A DNA stretch of 32,000 nt. Source: Nostoc sp. T09. Lineage in GTDB: Bacteria > Cyanobacteriota > Cyanobacteriia > Cyanobacteriales > Nostocaceae. Positions 25,005-32,000 of this stretch are shown here, one piece after another. The notes under the pieces are model-generated. The model did no database searches. It was not told where the DNA came from and was given only the letters and a program-made list of their open reading frames with translations. Within the stretch, counting starts at the first letter, position 1. Every line of letters begins with the position of its first letter. The position numbers and the translations under genes were made by a program. The DNA is taken from the NCBI RefSeq assembly GCF_002154695.1, contig NZ_MTAV01000014.1, forward strand, positions 43,880 through 75,879, in the 5' to 3' direction.

Positions 25005-25998
25005 TTTCATCTTCAGTAGAAAAAGCAGATTCCTTAGGATGCAGTATTGTTAAATGAAAGCCATGTCGAGTTTCGGTTTTCAGATATCGCTCCTGTAATG
25101 GTTGCCACTGCTGCCACAATTGGTAACGATTTTCTGCTAATAATTTAGTCAGCCCATGCAGATGAGTATGCATGTCTGACTTAAAGACATCCTCTAGCCA
25201 CTCAGTCAATACCACACCATCATGCATCGCACCCAAGATGTCTTGGATACTTTTCACATCTGCAATATAAGCTGCGTAAAACTCGTTGTATAAATCAGAA
25301 AATAAATCCATTTGATAGCGTACGCGTTTGGCTTGTTTGCGTAAACTATGAAGTGTTTCACCTTTATTAGCTAATTCTTGTTCTACTTTTTCTGCTTCCC
25401 AGCCTTTGCGGATTTTTAACTCCGATTCTCCAACTTCGGTTCCCACTAGCCAACCGGGATGTAACAGGAATTGACTCACTTCTGGTAACAGTAAATCTGG
25501 TAGAACTTGCTGAATGGTAATAGATGCTAAATCTTTATAGCTTGGCTTTTCTAACCACTCTTCCATTGACTGTTTTAAAGACTTGTAAGATTCATCTTTT
25601 AATGTTGTCTGTACTGTAGCTAGCGCGTGTTCACGTTGTTTAGCTAAAGCATCAAAGGCTGTATGTAAATATTTCTGTTCTTTATTAGATAAACGCGGTT
25701 TATAATCTTTTTCTATGGTTTGTTTGAGTACATCTAAATCTCGGAGATTCCCAAGCCGACGAGCAATTTTACCGATATTTTTATCACTGATCGGCTTCGA
25801 TAAATCTAAGGCTATGACAAACCTACTGACAGAAGTCCGTAGCCGACGCATCCCTACTCGCATTTGATGCAATGCTTCTGGATCTTCATCTTTCTTAACT
25901 GATTTTTCCCACTTTAATGTTTTCTTATAATGTTTTTGAATCGCCTGGTAAGCGTAGTCTCCGAGCGTTTGCGCTGTTGTATTTGTATCTAATTTCAT
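24982..25998 (-). CDS. CHAD domain-containing protein
   Basis: EALHQMRVGMRRLRTSVSRF and LHSLRKQAKRVRYQMDLF are the repeated conserved His/Arg helices typical of CHAD domains. Confidence 0.75.
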   Translation of the reverse strand: MKLDTNTTAQTLGDYAYQAIQKHYKKTLKWEKSVKKDEDPEALHQMRVGMRRLRTSVSRFVIALDLSKPISDKNIGKIARRLGNLRDLDVLKQTIEKDYKPRLSNKEQKYLHTAFDALAKQREHALATVQTTLKDESYKSLKQSMEEWLEKPSYKDLASITIQQVLPDLLLPEVSQFLLHPGWLVGTEVGESELKIRKGWEAEKVEQELANKGETLHSLRKQAKRVRYQMDLFSDLYNEFYAAYIADVKSIQDILGAMHDGVVLTEWLEDVFKSDMHTHLHGLTKLLAENRYQLWQQWQPLQERYLKTETRHGFHLTILHPKESAFSTEDEISEQTIG

Positions 25999-26306
25999 AA
26001 TCTACAGCAATCTCATACTGAATCAGGTTATTGCATGATAGCATTAGTCAAAAAATTGCATATATAACTTTTGATATTTTTTTTAACTTAAATTTTTATA
26101 AAAAATTTTAATATAACATTGAATAAGTTATTGTCTGAAAATCTGCTGTAAATTTCACACCTATTTTTGTGGCGATCTCTGAGCTTAAATCAACTATTAT
26201 TAAGTTGTAAAAATGTGAATAAACTGGTGTTTATCTAGGAAAAATTAGTAGTATTTAAAACATTAAAACAATCATCAAAGCGCCAAATACTTAAAAAGAT
26301 TGTCAA

Positions 26307-27374
26307 ATGTATAACAGTTATTCAATAGCCCAAGTCTTTCTGACGTTTACAAAGAGTTTTCAAAAACACAGAAAAGACCTTTCGGCATTACTGCTCACCT
26401 CACACAAGTATCTCTGGTTGGGTTCGGATGAAACATCAACCATTGAAAGGCTCTCTTTAATAGATCCTAACAACTTTGCAGACCACCAGCACTTTCGAGT
26501 GGCAGAATTTATTAGTTTACCTGCACCAGAAACGGATGAGATTGATATTGAAGGGTTTGCTTATGCAGATTATTACTTATGGTTCGTAGGTTCCCACAGC
26601 TACAAGCGTAAAAAACCTAAATCTAATAAGACCGATGTAAAAAATATTCAAAGGCTAGCAACTGTTATCACAGAACCTAACCGTTACATTCTAGGAAGAA
26701 TTCCCTTGATAGAGGGAAATTTATTTTCATCTTGCCTACACCCGCACAATCCAGATGTGCAGTTAACAGCCGCTAAACTAGAGTTGGCTAACCAGAGTAA
26801 TTTGCTGATGACTGCCTTAGTAGATGACCCCCATTTGGGCTGGGCGATTAAAGCAGCAATTCCAGGGAAAGACAATGGCTTTGATATCGAAGGTATAAGT
26901 ATTTATCAAAACCGGATTTTTTTAGGTTTACGAGGCCCAGTATTGCGGGGTTGGGCTGTAATTCTAGAAATAGAATTAATTGATTCTTCCCCAGGATTGA
27001 TGACACTACAACCAATTGGGGAAGAAAAGAAAGGGTATAAAAAGCATTTTCTCTGGTTGAATGGTTTGGGAATTCGAGATTTATTGCTAGATGGTGAAGA
27101 CTTGTTAATTTTAGCCGGGCCGACGATGGACTTAGATGGGCCAGTGCAAGTTTATCGTTGGAAAAATGGCGTTAATTCAGCAGAAAATCTTCTTAGTTAC
27201 CCAGAGCTTGTACAAGACATTCCCTATGGGAATAGAGAAGATCATGCTGAGGGTATGACCTTATTTAATGATGTAGTTGGGAAACCTTCATTGTTAGTAG
27301 TTTATGACTCTCCAGCCAAGAATCGGCTGGTAGGCGATAGCACAGTCATAGCTGATGTGTTCAACTTGAGCTAG
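26307..27374 (+). CDS. Hypothetical protein, DUF3616-like (tentative)
   Basis: The repeated motifs DIEGFAY...LWFVGSHS and GFDIEGISIYQNRIFLGLRGPVLRGWA recall the DUF3616 family. The start codon is uncertain. Confidence 0.45.
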   Translation: MYNSYSIAQVFLTFTKSFQKHRKDLSALLLTSHKYLWLGSDETSTIERLSLIDPNNFADHQHFRVAEFISLPAPETDEIDIEGFAYADYYLWFVGSHSYKRKKPKSNKTDVKNIQRLATVITEPNRYILGRIPLIEGNLFSSCLHPHNPDVQLTAAKLELANQSNLLMTALVDDPHLGWAIKAAIPGKDNGFDIEGISIYQNRIFLGLRGPVLRGWAVILEIELIDSSPGLMTLQPIGEEKKGYKKHFLWLNGLGIRDLLLDGEDLLILAGPTMDLDGPVQVYRWKNGVNSAENLLSYPELVQDIPYGNREDHAEGMTLFNDVVGKPSLLVVYDSPAKNRLVGDSTVIADVFNLS

Positions 27375-27436
27375 TACCAAAAGGTATAGAAGCAGGGGGA
27401 CAACTTAACTATTGACTCCCCGAAAGTGCAGTCAAT

Positions 27437-27841
27437 TCAAAGATTGGTGGAAATCGCCTGCACAGGACAAGTAGGGATACACTGTTCACAGACAATACAG
27501 CGCGATCGCGTAAATGTCAGCTTGTATGTCTCTGGGTTAAGGGTAAGGGCTTCAGTCGGACAAACCCCAGTACACAAACCACAGTCAACACAGGCCTCTT
27601 CATCAATGATAATTTCGCCCAATGTATGAGAAACATTGATATTTTGCGATCGCATCCACTCGATAGCAGCATCTAACTGATCGATGTCTCCTGATAGTTC
27701 TACTACCAGTTTGCCAATTTGATTCGGAGCGACTTGGGCACGGATAATATTGGCAGCGACATTGAACTCTTTTGCCAGCCGATAAGTAACTGGCATTTGT
27801 ATGGCACGTTTGGGAAAAGTGAGAGTAACTCGTTTTTTCAC
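27437..27841 (-). CDS. NIL-domain protein fused to a 2x[4Fe-4S] ferredoxin domain
   Basis: The N-terminal NIL-like region is PVTYRLAKEFNVAANIIRAQV...GKLVVELSG. It is followed by CVDCGLCTGVCP and CIVCEQCIPTCP. Confidence 0.8.
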   Translation of the reverse strand: MKKRVTLTFPKRAIQMPVTYRLAKEFNVAANIIRAQVAPNQIGKLVVELSGDIDQLDAAIEWMRSQNINVSHTLGEIIIDEEACVDCGLCTGVCPTEALTLNPETYKLTFTRSRCIVCEQCIPTCPVQAISTNL

Positions 27842-27986
27842 TGATTTCGCAGAGACTTTATCTCTGTTCTAGCGTATCTTTATTTCTGTCGCGCTGTATA
27901 ATCCTCCTTGCCCTCCTCATTTCCCTCATCCCCAATCCCCGTTAAACTGAAGATGATACTGCTTAATAAGTTTTAATAATTCTGTT

Positions 27987-28577
27987 ATGACACCGGATTC
28001 ACCTGTTAATTCTCCAGCAAAGCCTGAATCTACTATAGGGACGCGTGTGAGAAATTTCTTAATTGCGATAGTCGCGATCGCCCTCAGCGTTGCTCTAGTT
28101 TTAGGACTACGAACTGAGACAACTTCGGCTTCCCTGACTAAGTTAGATGAAGCCTCTATACCCTTAGAAGTCGCTATCAGCAACGGTAAGCCCTCACTGG
28201 TGGAGTTTTATGCTGATTGGTGTACTGTCTGCCAAAAAATGGCACCAGATATCGCTGAGTTAGAACAGCAATATGCTGACAAGCTAAATTTTGTCATGCT
28301 GAATGTGGATAACACCAAGTGGCTGCCGGAAATGTTGAAATATCGGGTTGATGGAATTCCCCATTTTGTATTCTTGGGTAAGAACGGCGAAACTATAGCG
28401 CAGGCGATCGGCGATCAACCACGCGCTGTCATGGCTAGTAACTTAGAAGCTTTAGTAACTGATTCCTCCCTACCTTACGCGCAAGCTAGCGGGCAAGTTT
28501 CTAAATTCTCAGCACCAGTTGCACCAACAACTAGTCAAGATGATCCGCGCAGTCATGGTAGCCAAGTGGTAAATTAG
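27987..28577 (+). CDS. txlA: Membrane-anchored thioredoxin-like protein (TxlA-type)
   Basis: It has an N-terminal TM anchor (FLIAIVAIALSVALVLGL) and a thioredoxin fold with SLVEFYADWCTVCQKMAP (WCxxC). Confidence 0.7.
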   Translation: MTPDSPVNSPAKPESTIGTRVRNFLIAIVAIALSVALVLGLRTETTSASLTKLDEASIPLEVAISNGKPSLVEFYADWCTVCQKMAPDIAELEQQYADKLNFVMLNVDNTKWLPEMLKYRVDGIPHFVFLGKNGETIAQAIGDQPRAVMASNLEALVTDSSLPYAQASGQVSKFSAPVAPTTSQDDPRSHGSQVVN

Positions 28578-29345
28578 CAACGTAATTATTTATAGAAGTT
28601 TTTACTTCGATAAACCACAGAAAACAGGCAATAGGTAAGCATTGCCTTAAAATTTTGTACTTTACTCAATTAGAAATTACATATTTTAACCCTCTTAGGT
28701 AGGCAATAAATATGAAGAAATTGCCAATTGTCTAAGAGGATTTTTCTTGTAATTTTAATTACTGATTAATTTTTCTACCTATATAAATATCCATATATGA
28801 ACCTGTTAATAATAAAACATCAGTCTTGGATAAGTTTTTTCAAATATATGTAAATATGAAAACTCAGAGTAAAAACACCAATGTCTAAAAAATTAGGGCA
28901 TCTTAGCATATATCAGGTGAGGAAAACCCTAAAATTCAAAAACTCACCCTACGGATTGTCAGGATAAAAATTTGGTAGTAGATAAAATTTTTATTAGCAA
29001 GCCATAACTTTATAAAATTTTCAGTTTGTTCTCATAAATACAATAGCTTTCTATTCAGCAAAGTATATTCAAAATAGACTGGCTTAAATCCTGGCTTTTC
29101 TAACTAATAATCTAAAAATTTAACTGAAAGTTTGAGATTTCGTTAAATCTTCTCTGGCAATTTACTAGAGTCTCATGCGTACAAGGTGAACATCACTTAT
29201 CCAAGTGTTTAACTTGCTACAAAAATTTAATCCTTAACTACAGCATCAAAGAACTATTTAAAAGAGTAATGACCCAAAATATTTTTTGTTAGTTCCAAGA
29301 TTATTGTTAATAGTCTCTATGGCAGTAGAGCAGCATTAGAAATCT

Positions 29346-30188
29346 ATGAAAGCCTCATCAAGTAAAACTCACATATTTTCTAATATGAACACAACACACC
29401 AACGTCAGCCTAAAAAAACTGCTCTTATTACTGGAGCAGCTAATGGGATTGGCTACGAACTAGCATATATTTTTGCCCTTAATGGCTACAATCTGGTATT
29501 AGTAGACAGAATGGCAGAAAAATTGGCTGAAGTTGCTAATAAATTCCAAGACGAACTTGGTATTTCTGTTAAAGCTATTGTCAAAGATTTATCTATAAAA
29601 ACATCACCTGAAGAGATTTTTACTGAGTTACAACAAGAATTTATCAAGGTTGATGTGCTAGTCAATAATGCTGGATTTGGTATTCATGGATTATTTAATG
29701 AAACCAACTTGAATACTGAACTAGAAATGCTACAGGTAAATTTAGTATGTCTCACCCATTTAACTAAGTTATTCTTGAAAGATATGGTAAAGCAAGGCGA
29801 AGGGAAAGTATTAAATCTTTCTTCTGCTGCTGCTTTTCAACCAGGCCCTTTAATGGCAGTTTATTTCGCTACTAAAGCCTATATCTTATCATTTTCACAA
29901 GCCCTGGCGAGCGAATTAGAAGGTACAGGTGTTACTGTAACGGCCCTTTGTCCTGGCCCAACAGAATCAGCCTTTCATGAAAGAACAGGGATTGCGGGTG
30001 CTAAACAGGTAGAGAATAATAACATGATGGACGCAGCAACAGTAGCCAAAATCGGTTATCGCGCTTTAATGGAAGGTAAAACTGTTGCTATTCCTGGGTT
30101 TAAAAATAGATTACTTGCTGAAATCGTTAGATTTACACCGAGAAATCTAGTAACGAAAATAGTGAAAAATATGCAAGAAATCAAATAA
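29346..30188 (+). CDS. Short-chain dehydrogenase/reductase (SDR) family oxidoreductase
   Basis: Motifs are TGAANGIGYELA (TGxxxGxG), NNAG and YFATKAY (YxxxK). The start may be the internal Met at 29385. Confidence 0.85.
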   Translation: MKASSSKTHIFSNMNTTHQRQPKKTALITGAANGIGYELAYIFALNGYNLVLVDRMAEKLAEVANKFQDELGISVKAIVKDLSIKTSPEEIFTELQQEFIKVDVLVNNAGFGIHGLFNETNLNTELEMLQVNLVCLTHLTKLFLKDMVKQGEGKVLNLSSAAAFQPGPLMAVYFATKAYILSFSQALASELEGTGVTVTALCPGPTESAFHERTGIAGAKQVENNNMMDAATVAKIGYRALMEGKTVAIPGFKNRLLAEIVRFTPRNLVTKIVKNMQEIK

Positions 30189-30318
30189 TAGGAACTAGAT
30201 ACTAGCGATCGCCCCTGACTTGGCTTTGTTGTCACAGCTTTACAAGAGCGATCGCAGATTGCTTTGTTTCTCTTCTATGTCTTTGCTAAGACAAAGATTA
30301 GCTTAAATCCAATACCCC

Positions 30319-30468
30319 TTATGGCATAGGATGGAAAAGCAGATCTGGAAAAATAAAGTTAAACACTGCCCAAGTAGAAAAGGCAATTGATATCGACAGA
30401 ACCGCAAGCACAGGTGCGAGAGAAAGGTATTTCAGGAAATAGCCTTGTTGGTTATTTGCTTTTTGCAT
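30319..30468 (-). CDS. psaJ: PsaJ-like small membrane protein (photosystem I subunit IX paralogue), absent from the ORF track
   Basis: Hand translation gives MQKANNQQGYFLKYLSLAPVLAVLSISIAFSTWAVFNFIFPDLLFHPMP (49 aa). The conserved PsaJ features LS.APV and FN.F.PDLLFHP.P are at the same positions and in the same overall length as cyanobacterial PsaJ. GAGAGG lies about 8 nt upstream of the ATG. Confidence 0.65.
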   Translation of the reverse strand: MQKANNQQGYFLKYLSLAPVLAVLSISIAFSTWAVFNFIFPDLLFHPMP

Positions 30469-31002
30469 ACAGTAACCTCTCAAACAAGTATGGTAATTAA
30501 ATTGAAATAGTGCAGGAAAAATAAAAATCCTTCATCTGTGATATGTATGTCACTGAAAAATGGCTCTGGTTATTTTTGAAAAGCAAAATTTTCAGAATCA
30601 GAAATTTAAGTTAACTGCACAACAAATAGATTAATTATTAATTTTTAATTAAACTTCTAACTAAAGTGCTATTTTGTATTAAGTTGATTTGTAATTTCAT
30701 GTACTATAAATATATCTTATAATTCATTTTCATACCCCTAAAGGTTGAGGAGAAATTAATAATGATGTGCAAATAATGTGTAAAAATTAAATGTTTAATT
30801 CTAACAAGTAGGTTTAGCTTGTTTAGGCGTGACCCCAATCAAAGCAGGAAATCAGAAATTTTTAGACATCCTACGAGATTTAAATATGGACGTGAGTAGA
30901 TGAATATACATAAACATCACTATATTTTACTTGGGGAAAGTAAAAACACCTTCCCCTAAAAACAACTGTAAATACTTAGGTTTAATTCCACCAACCTACT
31001 TA

Positions 31003-31287
31003 TCAATTGTCTAAAGTGTTACTTTGATATGAATCTAAAATGCCACTACGAATAATTAGTTGCGGCCAGATTAATAGAAAAAAGCCCATCCATATCAATA
31101 TAGGTATAGAGATTAGAACTGTAAGCCAGATGGTTTTAAATATTAACCAACTACCACTAATTATGGTTACACCTGTGAGCAGTATAGACCAGGGCTGACA
31201 CCACCACGGTTTGTAATTCCAAGGACTTACGGGCTTTTTTTCGGACATTGTTGTGAGCGACCAAAGTTGAGTATTATCTTTTAACAA
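31003..31287 (-). CDS. Small conserved cyanobacterial membrane protein
   Basis: It has the motif WNYKPWWCQPWSILLTG followed by two predicted TM helices. Confidence 0.55.
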   Translation of the reverse strand: MLKDNTQLWSLTTMSEKKPVSPWNYKPWWCQPWSILLTGVTIISGSWLIFKTIWLTVLISIPILIWMGFFLLIWPQLIIRSGILDSYQSNTLDN

Positions 31288-31350
31288 GTTTTAGCTTAAC
31301 AGCTATTTGGTTACTGCATCTCAATGTGTAGCGAAAGCCCACTAATTACT

Positions 31351-31383
31351 AGATTCCCGACTTCCTGAAGAAGTCGGGAATCT
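31351..31383. repeat. Perfect 14-bp palindromic hairpin AGATTCCCGACTTC-ctgaa-GAAGTCGGGAATCT
   Basis: Read directly from the sequence. It lies about 95 bp downstream of the minus-strand gene ending at 31476. It resembles a dispersed Nostoc palindromic element or terminator, but no T-run follows on the minus strand. Confidence 0.45.
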
Positions 31384-31475
31384 CACTACCTATCAAAAGT
31401 CGATATTCAAAATATCAAAGCACAGATATTTATCTGTTTTAATCTGCGGCTAACAGAGCGATCGCTGTTTGAAAA

Positions 31476-31973
31476 TCAGTTAGGTTTCCATTCTTGTAAT
31501 GATATATATTCATCCTTGAGAATATCGTAAACTTGGATGACACCAGTAGGATTCAAGACACGAAATAGGTATATTGTGTCAACATGGTCTACATGATTTT
31601 CCACTACTCGAATTGTGTAGTAAGGTGTCTCTGGAGTTGGTGAACTATCGACAATCGCTGCAACGCGGATAGTTCCTTTAGAAAGCCGTTCAATTTCTTT
31701 GGCTTTGCGTTTGACTTGGGGTAGTTTCCAAACTAAGTTAAAAGCTGCTTTTTCATCAATTACACTAGTCGCCTGAGAAACATTTATATCAGTATTCTTG
31801 TCTAACTCAGTAGATATTTGTGAATACTTGATCCCCATTTGAGCATGATTTATCGGACTTTGCGCCATAGCGGACTGTCCTGCTATTGCTAGGAGAAATG
31901 TAATAATTAAAGGACTACAGGTCAATCGTTGTATGACGCTACTTGTAAGCATTCTGGTTCGCTCTAAATGCAA
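31476..31973 (-). CDS. Secreted hypothetical protein
   Basis: The signal-peptide-like N-terminus is LIITFLLAIAGQSAMA-QSP. The start is probably the internal Met. No family was recognised. Confidence 0.5.
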   Translation of the reverse strand: MHLERTRMLTSSVIQRLTCSPLIITFLLAIAGQSAMAQSPINHAQMGIKYSQISTELDKNTDINVSQATSVIDEKAAFNLVWKLPQVKRKAKEIERLSKGTIRVAAIVDSSPTPETPYYTIRVVENHVDHVDTIYLFRVLNPTGVIQVYDILKDEYISLQEWKPN

Positions 31974-32000
31974 ATTCGTTATAAATTAAGCATATCGGCA

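Noticed and set aside
1-32000. tRNA/tmRNA genes as integration targets, CRISPR arrays, rRNA
   Set aside because: Reading both strands, I found no T-loop-like GGTTCGAATCC-type motif with a cloverleaf context, no regularly spaced direct repeats and no rRNA-like sequence. A tRNAscan or Infernal run would be needed to be certain.

Overview
The window is a chromosomal segment of a filamentous, Nostoc/Anabaena-type cyanobacterium. The evidence is the frequent HIP1 octamer GCGATCGC and the conserved omp85(bamA)-lpxC-fabZ-lpxA-lpxB lipid A / outer-membrane cluster at 1-6405. Immediately after lpxB sits a DNA cytosine-5 methyltransferase gene that is cut off exactly at catalytic motif IV (GSP|CQG, about 6720). 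From that point runs a roughly 8 kb AT-rich block of six genes whose start and stop codons overlap or abut. These are three tandem tyrosine recombinases, an HTH/coiled-coil accessory protein, an intact paralogous dcm and a DnaB-like helicase (6824-14645). I read this block as a GInt/Tn554-like 'three-recombinase' integrative element. Its right boundary is not resolved. Next comes a type I R-M operon on the minus strand (hsdM-hsdS-X-hsdR, 14785-22188). It contains an extra 330-aa gene, X, joined to both neighbours by ATGA overlaps. The N-terminal half of X looks to me like an HslV/proteasome-beta Ntn-hydrolase fold. I could not match this combination to any described system, and it is my best candidate for something new. 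A small module follows at 22352-23927: a glycine-zipper membrane protein, a divergent XRE regulator and a very acidic small protein. From about 24.3 kb onward the genes look like ordinary host genes: a secreted protein, a CHAD protein, a DUF3616-like protein, a NIL-domain ferredoxin, a TxlA-like thioredoxin, an SDR and two small membrane/secreted proteins. There is also a 49-codon psaJ-like ORF that the ORF track missed. I recognised no rRNA, tRNA or CRISPR array. All family assignments come from motif reading by eye, and no searches were run.
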